Positions 25,341-35,720 are shown, counted from the stretch's first letter. The stretch: DNA of 51,843 nucleotides from a virus (IMGVR_UViG_2851949629_000002), one strand, 5' to 3'. The notes: generated from the letters alone by a model not told the origin. Made by a program: numbers and translations.

Positions 25341-25766
25341 ATGGAAGGTACTACAATGGCTCAGGTTGCCATTTTTAAACAAATATTCGATAAAGTGCGA
25401 AATAATTTAAACTATCACTGGTTTTATTCTGAACTAAAACGTCACAATGTCTCACATTACATTTACTATTTAGCCACAGAGAATATTCATCTTGTTCTTG
25501 AAAACGATAATACGGTTTTAATAAAAGGACAGGGTAAGGTTGTAAATGTAAGATTTTCAAAAAATAAATGCCTTATAGAAGCCACATTAAAAGGATTCAA
25601 ATCAGGAGAGTTATCATTTTACGAATACAGGAAAAATCTTGCTACAGCAGGAGTTTTCAGATGGATTACAAATATCCACGAAAACAAAAGGTATTACTAT
25701 ACCTTTGATAATTCATTACTCTTTACTGAGAACATTCAGAACACTACACAAATATTTCCGCACTAA
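25341..25766 (+). CDS. Hypothetical phage protein (possibly DUF1398/YbcV-like)
   Basis: 141-aa ORF directly downstream of the RHH gene; family assignment from memory is weak. Confidence 0.45.
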   Translation: MEGTTMAQVAIFKQIFDKVRNNLNYHWFYSELKRHNVSHYIYYLATENIHLVLENDNTVLIKGQGKVVNVRFSKNKCLIEATLKGFKSGELSFYEYRKNLATAGVFRWITNIHENKRYYYTFDNSLLFTENIQNTTQIFPH

Positions 25767-26444
25767 ATCATAACGTCCGGTTTCTTCCGTGCCAGAACCG
25801 GACTCGCTGGCATGATGAAATATGTGTACCCGGTAACCCCGGTGTGCATCGTTTTTGATTATTCCCGCACACTCGCGCAGAAGGAGTTCCCCGTCGGGCT
25901 ACGGTCTCTGTTAATACGGGAATACGGCGACGATACAGCGCATGATGTGTCAGGCTTGAATACCTTTATCCTTTAAAAGGGATATCAGTTAAGTTATCCC
26001 GTGTAGGGTATAAGCCATTATCAAAGCCACTCTGTAGGGAATGGCTTTTGTGATGGCATCACTTACTCTTTACGCTGCTATCCCACTCATCCCGGAATTT
26101 TGATGGGTTATTGAAACCTTCTGCTGACATAACAACTCCTTCAATGTTTGGCTGAAATTAGGATGTCTTTCCATCAGTCCGCCACCACAAAGAATCTTTT
26201 TTGCCATAAGGCAGGAGGTTCATCTTTCAGTGGCTGCCGGTGTTATTTCCCCACTTACTGGCTTGGGTTGTTTCGTGGTACTGCCGTTAACTGGTGGCGC
26301 ACAGATTTAGTTAAATCCGTTCTCGCCTGAACTATCTTTTACATACCCGGATTGTGGGGATGTAAATCACGGTTTCATTATCAAGCCCACCAGTAGATGG
26401 GCTTTGTAATGAAGAGTTGTTATGAAAATTGCTCTAAACAAGCA

Positions 26445-26969
26445 TTAATAGCCATCAGAAGTAATCGCTACAGATTTCAATCCCTCAATGTCATCCTTGG
26501 ACAGGGCGAACCATTCACCGTGCTTTCTCTTTGCGGCAAATTTGCGATGAAGCATGTTTTCAGTTTCTCTTCCACCAGGGATCAGGCACTCAAGCTTCAA
26601 GCAGTCTGGTCCAGAGTTGCCAAGCGATTTGATGCGTTGTGGAATGTTGGATGAATACCCAATTTTGGTTAGCCCAGTTTTCTTCGATGACAAAACGTAT
26701 ACCTGAGGAGGTTCTTTTCTCTGGTCTTCCATTACACGTCTCATTGTTGCCATAAGTCCGCCGTGCATCAGCATTTCAACAAAGAACGCTGACCGAACAC
26801 CTGACGACTTAAGCATGCCAGAAAATTCACTTGCCAATTCCATTAACTCTGCGATGTTTTCAGGAACTTTTTGGCAGTTATCTTCCTTGTATAAGGAAAT
26901 CATTCTTTGAAGCTTTTCTTCTAATTGGTTCATAGCGTCTTTACCTTTTAGAAAGTGAGCCTGTCTCAC
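26445..26969 (-). CDS. T5orf172 (GIY-YIG-like) domain protein, moron
   Basis: 174-aa ORF; C-terminal VYVLSSKKTGLTKIGYSSNIPQRIKSLG...ENMLHRKFAAKRKHGEWFAL fits the T5orf172/MUG113 motif pattern as I recall it; sits where lambda carries bor. Confidence 0.55.
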   Translation of the reverse strand: MRQAHFLKGKDAMNQLEEKLQRMISLYKEDNCQKVPENIAELMELASEFSGMLKSSGVRSAFFVEMLMHGGLMATMRRVMEDQRKEPPQVYVLSSKKTGLTKIGYSSNIPQRIKSLGNSGPDCLKLECLIPGGRETENMLHRKFAAKRKHGEWFALSKDDIEGLKSVAITSDGY

Positions 26970-27082
26970 AGAAAAGCCGCCCCGAGATGGTCGCCACCAT
27001 ATACGGCAGTTCTCAGGCTCAACTTTCTGAAAGGCTCGGGTGATGTAATATGCGCGTGAGATGCGCTGTGAAATTCAGATGT

Positions 27083-27108
27083 AAAAAAAGCCCCGCATCG
27101 CGAGGCTC
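27083..27108 (-). terminator. Rho-independent terminator after Rz (end of lysis cassette)
   Basis: Minus strand AGCCTCGCG-loop-CGGGGCT hairpin followed by TTTTTTT, ~30 nt past the Rz stop. Confidence 0.55.
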
Positions 27109-27138
27109 ATTAAATGGACTTTGTGATTTGCAAAAAAA

Positions 27139-27609
27139 TTATTTCAGGCATTGCGTCCTGATGTATTCCTGCAGGTAGTTAACCTGCGCGGTTATCTTGT
27201 CGATTCCACTTCGGAGACGGTAATAATTGAGTTCAGCATCTGCTGTAAGTCCTGGGCTTTCTCCATCGCCCATGCCGCTGGCTCCGGTCGTTGACTTTGC
27301 ACAGGTGGCGGCGACTTGCAGGCGCTTACGCCCAGCAGAAACATCAGCACGGAGACTTTCGATAGTCGCGTTAGCATCAGCAAGCTCCTTTGTGTATCTT
27401 GCGTCGAGTTCTGCTACATCACGTTGACGCTTCCGCATGTCAGCGATGGTGGCGTTCGCCTTCTCCAGTTCACTGGCCTTGTTATCGCGCTGCTCCTTGT
27501 AGGCGATTGCGTTATCACGGTAATGATTAACAGCCCATGACAGGCCGACGATGATGCAGATAACCAGAGCGGAGATAATCGCGGTTACTCTGTTCATTGC
27601 TGACCCCAC
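27139..27609 (-). CDS. Rz: Spanin inner-membrane subunit Rz (i-spanin)
   Basis: 156-aa ORF with N-terminal TM helix and coiled-coil, after endolysin. Confidence 0.85.
   Translation of the reverse strand: MGSAMNRVTAIISALVICIIVGLSWAVNHYRDNAIAYKEQRDNKASELEKANATIADMRKRQRDVAELDARYTKELADANATIESLRADVSAGRKRLQVAATCAKSTTGASGMGDGESPGLTADAELNYYRLRSGIDKITAQVNYLQEYIRTQCLK
27192..27383 (-). CDS. Rz1: Spanin outer-membrane lipoprotein Rz1 (o-spanin), embedded in Rz in the +1 frame
   Basis: 63-aa ORF with lipobox LLGVSAC and Pro-rich mature region. Confidence 0.8.
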   Translation of the reverse strand: MLMLTRLSKVSVLMFLLGVSACKSPPPVQSQRPEPAAWAMEKAQDLQQMLNSIITVSEVESTR

Positions 27610-28091
27610 AAACAGATTTCACGCTCAATCTCACGACGAGTCATGAGACCTTTCCATTGCTTACCGCCAGCATATGTCCAGCGACGTAGCTGATCACATG
27701 CGCCTTTGATATCGCCCTGGTTTATTTTGCGAAGAAGCGTCGATGTTCTGAAATTGCCAGCACCCACGTTGTAAACGAATGAGTAAAGAGCGCCGCGCAT
27801 TGTTTCCGGTATATCGACTTTGATGTACGGGTTAATTTGTCTGGCGACCGTGGCAAGGTCTTTATTCAGGAGGGCTTTGCATTCTGCTTTGGTATACGTT
27901 TTACCGAGCATGATGTCTTTTCCTGTATGCCCGTGACATACAGTCCATACACCAACAATATCTTTGTATGGTATGTAGCTGACACCTTCCAGACCATCGT
28001 TACCACTTGGGCCAGTGATTAACACTGATGCTATAGCAATTGCTCCGCCACCAATAGCAGCAGCAACGGCTTTTCGTAATGATGGAGGCAT
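27594..28091 (-). CDS. R: SAR endolysin (phage 21 R21-type lysozyme)
   Basis: 165-aa ORF with Gly/Ala-rich N-terminal signal-anchor-release segment and lysozyme-like body; phage 21/DLP12-like, not lambda R. Confidence 0.85.
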   Translation of the reverse strand: MPPSLRKAVAAAIGGGAIAIASVLITGPSGNDGLEGVSYIPYKDIVGVWTVCHGHTGKDIMLGKTYTKAECKALLNKDLATVARQINPYIKVDIPETMRGALYSFVYNVGAGNFRTSTLLRKINQGDIKGACDQLRRWTYAGGKQWKGLMTRREIEREICLWGQQ

Positions 28092-28306
28092 TATTCACCT
28101 CTCGCAGCCTTGCGCTTATCTTCTTTAATCTTGAAATAAAGGTTTGTCAGGTACGTCAGCAGGCCAAATACCAGGCTACCCAGCACACCTATTGCTGCCC
28201 ACTGTGAGGGCGTGACTTTATCGAGCAGCTGTAAAAACCAGTAACCGGCACTACCTGCTGAGGTGCCATAGGCGACACCCGTTGTTAACTTATCCATGGA
28301 TTTCAT
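28091..28306 (-). CDS. S: Pinholin (S21-type holin)
   Basis: 71-aa [34 protein letters not shown]... matching the phage 21 pinholin as recalled. Confidence 0.85.
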
Positions 28307-28878
28307 AACCCCACCTCGCAGACAAAGCGGGTGTAAATTGAGGGAATACTACGAAACGTAACAGACTCGGAGTCAGTGAATAACTCAGGTATTGGGTTAT
28401 CAGCTAATATCGAGACTCAAAAAATGGAAAAACCCGCTCGACGGCGGGTTTAAGCTGTGTGACGAAGTAACCACTCTTAACAGCATAACCAATTTTTTAC
28501 GTACGTAAACCACTAAATGATATTTGCGAGAATGCTACCGAGTATTGAAAACACCACTACAAATACATAAGCAAATCTCAACAAATAACCAACAAATAAT
28601 TTCCAGTGTTATTTTTAGCCGGTTTAAATTGAACCTTCAAATTATAGAGCACTTATAAATAACAGCCGTTAATATAAATTGGCTAATAGATTTATTTTTA
28701 TTCAGCCAAGAGCCATGAATAGGATTCGATAGAAAAAAGTTCAGATAAAAATAGAGATCTACTTCACAAATCAAACGAGAAACCAAAACTTACATCTTGA
28801 AATAATCACATTGATTAGATGAATATTTATCGCGCAGTGACATCATTTTTTAATAATAGTTCAAAAAAAGGGCTCACG

Positions 28879-29976
28879 ATGAAAAAATTAACAGTGGCAA
28901 TTTCTGCTGTAGCTGCATCAGTACTGATGGCGATGTCTGCTCAGGCAGCTGAAATTTATAATAAAGACAGTAACAAGCTGGATCTGTACGGGAAAGTTAA
29001 TGCTAAGCACTATTTCTCCTCTAATGATGCAGATGATGGTGATACTACTTATGCCCGTCTTGGCTTCAAAGGTGAAACCCAAATCAACGATCAACTGACT
29101 GGTTTCGGTCAGTGGGAATATGAATTCAAAGGCAACCGCGCTGAATCTCAAGGTTCCTCCAAAGATAAAACCCGTCTTGCCTTCGCTGGCCTGAAATTCG
29201 GTGACTACGGCTCCATCGATTACGGCCGTAACTACGGTGTAGCATACGACATCGGTGCGTGGACTGACGTCCTGCCAGAATTCGGTGGTGACACTTGGAC
29301 TCAAACCGACGTGTTCATGACTCAACGTGCAACTGGTGTTGCAACCTATCGTAACAACGACTTCTTTGGTCTGGTTGATGGTCTGAATTTTGCTGCTCAG
29401 TACCAAGGCAAAAACGATCGTAGCGATTTCGATAACTACACTGAAGGTAACGGTGATGGCTTCGGTTTCTCTGCTACCTATGAATACGAAGGATTCGGTA
29501 TCGGTGCAACTTATGCGAAATCTGATCGTACCGACACTCAAGTTAATGCAGGGAAAGTTCTTCCTGAAGTATTTGCTTCCGGTAAAAATGCAGAAGTTTG
29601 GGCCGCAGGTCTGAAATATGACGCTAACAACATTTACCTGGCCACTACCTATTCTGAAACCCAGAATATGACTGTATTTGCTGATCACTTCGTTGCTAAT
29701 AAAGCCCAAAACTTCGAAGCTGTTGCACAATATCAGTTCGATTTCGGTCTGCGTCCGTCCGTTGCTTACCTGCAATCTAAAGGTAAGGATCTTGGAGTAT
29801 GGGGCGATCAGGACTTAGTCAAATATGTTGATGTAGGTGCAACCTATTACTTCAACAAAAATATGTCTACTTTCGTTGATTACAAAATCAACCTGCTTGA
29901 CAAAAATGACTTCACTAAAGCACTCGGTGTAAGCACTGATGACATCGTTGCTGTAGGTCTGGTTTACCAGTTCTAA
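28879..29976 (+). CDS. OmpC-family porin (Lc/NmpC-like), lysogenic-conversion gene
   Basis: Track ORF starts at 28819; likely start is [23 protein letters not shown] signal peptide; 16-strand porin motifs, ends YQF. Confidence 0.85.
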   Translation: MKKLTVAISAVAASVLMAMSAQAAEIYNKDSNKLDLYGKVNAKHYFSSNDADDGDTTYARLGFKGETQINDQLTGFGQWEYEFKGNRAESQGSSKDKTRLAFAGLKFGDYGSIDYGRNYGVAYDIGAWTDVLPEFGGDTWTQTDVFMTQRATGVATYRNNDFFGLVDGLNFAAQYQGKNDRSDFDNYTEGNGDGFGFSATYEYEGFGIGATYAKSDRTDTQVNAGKVLPEVFASGKNAEVWAAGLKYDANNIYLATTYSETQNMTVFADHFVANKAQNFEAVAQYQFDFGLRPSVAYLQSKGKDLGVWGDQDLVKYVDVGATYYFNKNMSTFVDYKINLLDKNDFTKALGVSTDDIVAVGLVYQF

Positions 29977-29992
29977 TCTGATTACGAAAAAG

Positions 29993-30026
29993 ATATGTTG
30001 CGGGAGGCGTTGCCTCCCCAACATAT
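29993..30026. terminator. Long GC hairpin between convergent porin and late transcription units; candidate tR'-type terminator for minus-strand reads
   Basis: ATATGTTGCGGGAGGC-GTT-GCCTCCCCAACATAT extended stem; T-run follows on the minus strand. Confidence 0.35.
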
Positions 30027-30112
30027 AAGTGGCTCCCTCAAGCCACTTCCTTTAGAAGCACAACCTTGCTTCTAACTATATAAACCTTCTGTTATATATT
30101 ACCCTTTATTTT

Positions 30113-30140
30113 TGGGGGCGTCTCAACGCCCCATTTTTAA
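30113..30140 (+). terminator. Rho-independent terminator, probably for the porin gene
   Basis: GGGGCG-TCTCAA-CGCCCC hairpin followed by ATTTTTAATAATTTTT. Confidence 0.45.
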
Positions 30141-30165
30141 TAATTTTTAGTAAACAATTGGCATA

Positions 30166-30564
30166 TTAATTAGAGTTATTAACAACGATATCCATCTCTA
30201 ACCGGATATCTAATGCCATTAACATCCCTTCAATTATACCCTCAGCCTTCTGTAACCTTTTCCCGATATAACCATCAGAGCAGCAATGCTTACCTGCCAG
30301 TGACATGAATGTCATACCGACTACATAATAATCTACTAATAAATCGTGCAAATCGCTGTTGTTCTTTTTCAGACGGGCCATGCACCCGCAAATGATCATC
30401 GCGTCATCGTCACAACATTGCGGGCGAGATTTTACTTTTGAAGTAATTAATCCCTTAAAACCGGCGGCAATGGACGACCAGGTCACATCTTCATGATTAT
30501 TAGCCGCCCACGCTCCCCAACGCTCAAGAACCATCTGAATATCACGCATCAACTTACTCCACAA
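30166..30564 (-). CDS. Q: Late antiterminator Q (phage 21/DLP12 QuuD-type)
   Basis: Contains [34 protein letters not shown]..., DLP12 QuuD as recalled; true start may be the internal Met (~30549). Confidence 0.8.
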   Translation of the reverse strand: MWSKLMRDIQMVLERWGAWAANNHEDVTWSSIAAGFKGLITSKVKSRPQCCDDDAMIICGCMARLKKNNSDLHDLLVDYYVVGMTFMSLAGKHCCSDGYIGKRLQKAEGIIEGMLMALDIRLEMDIVVNNSN

Positions 30565-30634
30565 AAATCAGACCAGAACGCCAATTACAAGCAAAAATCA
30601 ACAAAACAGTATTAGTTGATTGTTATCTCTGACT

Positions 30635-30757
30635 TCATACTCCTGCTCCTGTCAGGGTTTTGGCGTAATTCTTCAGTATTCGGTAATCGGTCAAAACAGA
30701 ACCGGGGAAACGATATAAGCGCAGACGCCCCCAGCGGTGGCGAAGAAGTTCTGCCAT
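30635..30757 (-). CDS. Small protein, YlcG-like (40 aa)
   Basis: ATG ORF MAELLRHRWGRLRLYRFPGSVLTDYRILKNYAKTLTGAGV between rusA and Q, below ORF-track cutoff. Confidence 0.5.
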   Translation of the reverse strand: MAELLRHRWGRLRLYRFPGSVLTDYRILKNYAKTLTGAGV

Positions 30758-30771
30758 ATTAAACTCAAACA

Positions 30772-31134
30772 TCATTCATTCCCCATTTCGGTGATGGTCA
30801 GTTCCAGCCTCCCACCTTTGGTAACAGGCATCTTCACAACGCGGTAATCAACGACCTGAGCATCATCCAGCCAGAAACCTGCTTTGGTGAGTGCGTCAAA
30901 AGAGGCTTTTTGCAGATTATCCAGGTCACGGCGACGGCGATCCGGCATGTGGCACTCAATGCGGATTTTCACAGGCATAGCCAGGCCGATATCCAGCATT
31001 GCGTTTTTAATGATTCGGGCGACGTTATCGCAGTATGCCTGCCCCTCTGCGCTAACGTGCGTGCGCCCGCGATTATGGCGGTAATAGCGATTATTGCTCG
31101 GAGGCCAGGGTAATGTGATGCTGTAGGTATTCAC
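30772..31134 (-). CDS. rusA: Holliday junction resolvase RusA
   Basis: 120-aa [37 protein letters not shown]..., DLP12 RusA as recalled; GTG start. Confidence 0.9.
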   Translation of the reverse strand: MNTYSITLPWPPSNNRYYRHNRGRTHVSAEGQAYCDNVARIIKNAMLDIGLAMPVKIRIECHMPDRRRRDLDNLQKASFDALTKAGFWLDDAQVVDYRVVKMPVTKGGRLELTITEMGNE

Positions 31135-31262
31135 GCCTTAATAACCCCCTCTTTCAGCCAGATAACCTGTGTTCTCGCCATACCTTCCAGCGCGCATTCT
31201 TTTGCATATGCAGCATCGACTTGCTTGGCATGCCCTTTACCGGCAATCTTCTGTATGCGCTA
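31131..31262 (-). pseudogene. YbcO-like (DUF1364) C-terminal remnant without a start
   Basis: Frame encodes ...[25 protein letters not shown], preceded by an in-frame TAG; N-terminal half absent. Confidence 0.45.
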
Positions 31263-31340
31263 AACCTAGATAGAATCCACTCTGTGCACATTGAAGCCCG
31301 CTCTATGCTTCCTTTCAGGTATTGAAGGGATTGAGATGGG

Positions 31341-31688
31341 CTAAGCATTATTGGCCTCCTGCATCAGGAGAAAGACAATCATGGCGGCGCGGAGAGGTCT
31401 GGCATCAAATATTGGGCTTACGCCTTTTGCATCCACACACCATTCAGTTAACTGGTCTAAGATAGAAATCCTGTATTTCTCAATAATCGGCCATGAAGCG
31501 CTCGGATCATTGCAGTAGTCAGGCAAATGATTTAATAGCTCAAAAGTTGTATCAGCATTTCCGTAATACCATTTGTTGGTGTTATTCCCTGATGTTTCCG
31601 GTTTACTTGCCCAAAGGCCTTTAAAAATTATGTCTCCTACCATTCTGTTAATTTCAAAATCACTTAACTGTGAATAATCCATTGTCAT
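31341..31688 (-). CDS. Hypothetical nin-region protein
   Basis: [29 protein letters not shown]..., start overlaps ninE stop (ATGA). Confidence 0.5.
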   Translation of the reverse strand: MTMDYSQLSDFEINRMVGDIIFKGLWASKPETSGNNTNKWYYGNADTTFELLNHLPDYCNDPSASWPIIEKYRISILDQLTEWCVDAKGVSPIFDARPLRAAMIVFLLMQEANNA

Positions 31689-31861
31689 TTCCTCGCACGA
31701 TATCTTAGCCACCGGATATCCCACAGGTGAGCTGTGTAATTGAAGGTTTTTACGTCAGATTCTTTTGGGATTGGCTTGCGTTTATTTCTGGAGCGTTTCG
31801 TTGGAAGGTATTTGCAGTTTTCGCAGATGATGTCGGTGAAACTTCGTCGCTGTCGCCTCAT
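31685..31861 (-). CDS. ninE: NinE
   Basis: [58 protein letters not shown], lambda NinE as recalled (internal Met of track ORF). Confidence 0.8.
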   Translation of the reverse strand: MRRQRRSFTDIICENCKYLPTKRSRNKRKPIPKESDVKTFNYTAHLWDIRWLRYRARK

Positions 31862-32385
31862 GCCGCCCTCCTGACGCCCTGCCCGATCGCCATCAATGCC
31901 GCTTTGGATACGGTAGTAAACATCCGTCGAGGACTGATGAACGGTCGCCAAATCAGCAGCATGGAGCCTTTGCTGTTTCCCTTCTTCTCCAGCCCTGTCG
32001 ATGGTTCGATAAAATTAATCCGTCCATCAGTGATAATGCGAACTTCGTCGACACTCTCCAGAGCCTTGCTGAACCATCCGACTGACATATCCTCTGGCAC
32101 AAGCATAACTACCGTCTGTCGCTGTTGTATGCACTGCTCAGCGGCTTTTTCCACCCACGGCCTGATATTGCTGTACGGTGGGTTATTCCAGATTGCACCG
32201 TGGCTTACCCACTCAGAATTGAGCGCGTCGTCGGCCTCAGTTAGCCAGTGAGCACACAGAGCATTTTTGTCGCTCGCTGCCGAATCCAGCCAGAATCCAA
32301 ACTCAATATCCAGTGCATCAAAAAGCCAAAGCGGCGTTTGCCAGCAGTCCTTGTCGTGTGCTGGCGTATTTGATTTGATAGTCAT
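31858..32385 (-). CDS. Phage DNA N6-adenine methyltransferase (Dam-like, NPPY motif)
   Basis: Contains [10 protein letters not shown] catalytic motif; start taken at [26 protein letters not shown] overlapping the ninB stop. Confidence 0.7.
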   Translation of the reverse strand: MTIKSNTPAHDKDCWQTPLWLFDALDIEFGFWLDSAASDKNALCAHWLTEADDALNSEWVSHGAIWNNPPYSNIRPWVEKAAEQCIQQRQTVVMLVPEDMSVGWFSKALESVDEVRIITDGRINFIEPSTGLEKKGNSKGSMLLIWRPFISPRRMFTTVSKAALMAIGQGVRRAA

Positions 32386-32822
32386 GCAGCCCGATCTCCC
32401 CATCTCGCTTTCCACTCCAGAGCCAGTCTCGCTTCGTCTGACCACTTAACGCCACGCTCTGTACCGAATGCCTGTATAAGCTCTAATAGCTCCGCAAATT
32501 CGCCTACACGCATCCTGCTGGTTGACTGGCCTATTACCACAAAGCCATTCCCGGCAAGGTTAGGAACAACATCCTGCTGCTTTAATGCTGCGGTAAACAC
32601 ACACTTCCAGCTTTCTGCATCCAGCCAGCGACCATGCCATTCAACCTGACGAGAGACGTCACCTAAGCAGGCCCATAGCTTCCTGTTTTGGTCTAAGCTG
32701 CGGTTGCGTTCCTGAATGGTTACTACGATTGGTTTGGTTGGGTCTGGAAGGATTTGCTGTACTGCGTGAATAGCGTTTTGCTGATGTGCCGGAGATCGAA
32801 TTTCAAAGGTTAGTTTTTTCAT
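32382..32822 (-). CDS. ninB: Recombination protein NinB
   Basis: MKKLTFEIRSPAHQQNAIHAVQQILPDPTKPIVVTIQERNRSLDQNRKLWACL..., lambda NinB as recalled. Confidence 0.9.
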   Translation of the reverse strand: MKKLTFEIRSPAHQQNAIHAVQQILPDPTKPIVVTIQERNRSLDQNRKLWACLGDVSRQVEWHGRWLDAESWKCVFTAALKQQDVVPNLAGNGFVVIGQSTSRMRVGEFAELLELIQAFGTERGVKWSDEARLALEWKARWGDRAA

Positions 32823-32895
32823 GACTTCCCTCTCCCCCAAATAAAAAGGCCTGCGATTACCAGCAGGCCTGTTATTAGCTCAGTGATGTAGATGG

Positions 32896-33186
32896 TCATC
32901 TTTTAACTCCATATACCGCCAATACCCGTTTCATCGCGGCACTCTGGCGACACTCCTTAAAAATCAGGTTCGTGCTCATCTTTCCTTCCCGTTCTTCCTT
33001 GGTAGCAAACCGGTAATACACCGTTCGCCAGACCTTACCTTCGATAACCAGAAGACCTGCCCGTGCCATTTTAGCCGCGGCCTGATTTATGCTGGTTACT
33101 GTTGCGCCTGTTAGCGCGGCAACGTCCGGCGCACAGAAGCTATTATGCGTCCCCAGGTAATGAATAATTGCCTCTTTGCCCGTCAT
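32896..33186 (-). CDS. ren: Ren
   Basis: 96-aa MTGKEAIIHYLGTHNSFCAPDVAALTGATVTSINQAAAKMARAG..., lambda Ren. Confidence 0.9.
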   Translation of the reverse strand: MTGKEAIIHYLGTHNSFCAPDVAALTGATVTSINQAAAKMARAGLLVIEGKVWRTVYYRFATKEEREGKMSTNLIFKECRQSAAMKRVLAVYGVKR

Positions 33187-33884
33187 ACACTTGCTCCTTT
33201 CAGTCCGAACTTAGCTTTGATTTCTGCGATCTTCGCCAGAGCCTGTGCACGATTTAGAGGTCTACCGCCCATGACAGGAAGTTGTTTTACTGGTTCAGGG
33301 ATCGCCTCACCACGGTTAATTCTCGCAGTCATATGGACAAGCTCATCTGCGGCCTTACGGCGTAATTCCGCATCAGTAAGCGCATTGGCCCGCATGTTCT
33401 GATACAGGTTGGTAACCAGCCAGTAGTGCGCGTTTGATTTCCACGGATAAGACTCCGCATCCGGATACAGGCCTCGCTTCCGGCAATACTCGTAAACCAT
33501 ATCAACCAGCTCGCTGACGTTTGGCAGTCCGGCGATAACGGATGCTTCTTCCCGGCACCATGCAACAAACTGCCCGGGTGATGGCAGAAATGGTCGATTC
33601 TGCCGACGGGCTACGCGCATTCCTGCGTTAACCTGTTCCATTGTGGTGATCCCGTTTTCCCGGAAAGCCAGCACCCACTGGCGGCGGATTTCGTTCAGTT
33701 CGTTCTGGTCCCGGTTAGCCAGGCTCGCCGGGAAAGTTGCCAGTAACTGGCTGAACACACCATTGATGATCTGCGCTACCTGTTGTACCTGCGGCTTTTC
33801 GTCGTACTGTTCCGGCATGTTGTTGGCGATCCGACGCATCTGCTCACGGTCAAAGTTAACCATCTGTGCGGCGATGTTTTTCAT
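33183..33884 (-). CDS. P: Replication protein P (DnaB helicase loader)
   Basis: 233-aa MKNIAAQMVNFDREQMRRIANNMPEQYDEKPQVQQVAQIINGVF..., lambda P. Confidence 0.9.
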   Translation of the reverse strand: MKNIAAQMVNFDREQMRRIANNMPEQYDEKPQVQQVAQIINGVFSQLLATFPASLANRDQNELNEIRRQWVLAFRENGITTMEQVNAGMRVARRQNRPFLPSPGQFVAWCREEASVIAGLPNVSELVDMVYEYCRKRGLYPDAESYPWKSNAHYWLVTNLYQNMRANALTDAELRRKAADELVHMTARINRGEAIPEPVKQLPVMGGRPLNRAQALAKIAEIKAKFGLKGASV

Positions 33885-34336
33885 AAATCCACCCCGTAAA
33901 TCCAGTCAGTGTTTGTCAGGTCGAGTTTTGGTTTGCTGGCTGTCACGCCTGCCTGTTGCTTGTTACGGTTGATTTCGAGCTGGGTCCACTTGTCGCGGAG
34001 TTTGGCCGGACTCAGCACGTTACCGGACCAGAAGTTGTCCTGGCAGGCCCAGCGGAAAAGCACACACATATCGCGGTGGTTACGTCCGTCACGTTCACGC
34101 ATCAGGCGGATATCGTTAGCCCACCCAGCAAAATTCGGTTTTCTGGCTGATGGTGCGATAGTCTTCACCATGTCAAACATCCACTCTGCGGCGGTCAGGT
34201 CTTCTGCTGTCCCCCACTTGCTGCCGCTCTGAATTGCAGCATCCGGTTTCACCACAGAAAGGTCGTTTTCTGGCTGGTCAGAGGATTCGCCAGAATTCTC
34301 TGACGAATAATCTTTTCTTTTTTCTTTTGTAATAGT
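33881..34336 (-). pseudogene. O: Replication initiator O, C-terminal fragment, cut by IS insertion
   Basis: Encodes ...MVKPDAAIQSGSKWGTAEDLTAAEWMFDMVKTIAPSARKPNF... up to the IS boundary; adjacent ori AT-rich element. Confidence 0.85.
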
Positions 34337-34366
34337 GTAAGCGTCAACGGAGCACCGTATTGACGC

Positions 34367-35720
34367 TTATTTATTAGTGAGTACTACGTTCCATGGCAGG
34401 AGTTCGTCAACTCGGTTGGAAGGCCATTCCGGCAGTACGCTCAGGATATGGCGCAGATACGCTTCCGGATCGATACCATTCAACCGGCAGGTGCCGATCA
34501 GCCCGTACAACAGTGCACCACGCTCGCCGCCGTGATCGCTACCGAAGAACACGTAATTTTTCTTTCCGAGACAGACTGCACGAAGCGCTCTTTCCGCTGT
34601 GTTATTGTCCGCCTCCGCCAGACCGTCATCACAGAAGTTGCACAACGCAACCCAGTGCTTCCTGATATACCGGAACGCATCTCTCAGACGGCATTTTTTC
34701 GATAACGTGTGTTCTTTCTCCTGCATCAGCTTATACAGGGAAGTCAGTAGCGGTTTACTCTGCATTTGCCTGACCGCCAGGCGTTCAGACACCGGCAACC
34801 CGCGTATTTCGTGCTCAATGGCGTACAGTTCACTGATTCGCTTCAGGGCTTCTTCTGCCGTCGCACTTTTGCTGCTGATGTATACATCGTGGATTTTTCG
34901 CCGGGCATGGGCCCAGCACGCAACTTCTGTCAGTGCACCACCTTCACGTTCTGCACTGAACAACCTGTCGTAACCTGTGAACGCATCTGCCTGCAGGATA
35001 CCCCGGAAGGGACGAAGGTGTTGCTCCGGATGTTTACCCTGATGGTCCGGTGAGTAGGCGAACCAGACCGCCGGAGGTTCTGGCGAACCGGCATTTCGGT
35101 CATCCCGGACATACGTCCAGATATATCCTGTTTTCGCCTTCTTCCTGCCCGGTGCCAGTACTTTTACTGGTGTGTCATCAGTGTGAACCTTGCGGGTGTT
35201 CATCACATAACTGTACAGGGCATCATTCAGCGGAGTCATTAACTGGCAGCACGCATCAACCCAGTTGGAGAGTAAGGCACGGCTCAGTTCGACACCCTGG
35301 CGGGCAAAGATTTCACTCTGACGATACAGTGGCAGGTGTTCGCAGTATTTTCCCGTTAACACGCGGGCAAGTAACCCCGGGCCCGCGATACCACGCTCTA
35401 TCGGACGGGATGGTGCCGGTGCTTCAACGATGCAGTCACATTTTGTACAGGCTTTTTTTACCCGTTCTGTGCGGATCACTTTCAGGGCGCTGCTCACCAG
35501 CTCCAGTTGTTCTGCGCTGACTTCCCCCAGATAATCCAGCTCACCGCCACACTCCGGGCAACAGCTTTCTTCTGGCTCCAGGCGGTATATTTCACGGGGG
35601 AGATGTGCCGGTAACGGACGACAATGGCGCGACTGTCGCAACTGGCGGGGAACCAGCGGGTCATCCTCACGCCCACTGTAACGATCGCTTTCCTGCTCGC
35701 GTTGTTTCAGCAGGACTTCA
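34367..35720 (-). pseudogene. Outer IS66 transposase TnpC, C-terminal ~440 codons, separated from its N-terminus by the inner IS
   Basis: ORF continues ...LLKQREQESDRYSG upstream to the inner-IS junction; ~90% similar to the intact inner TnpC. Confidence 0.8.
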
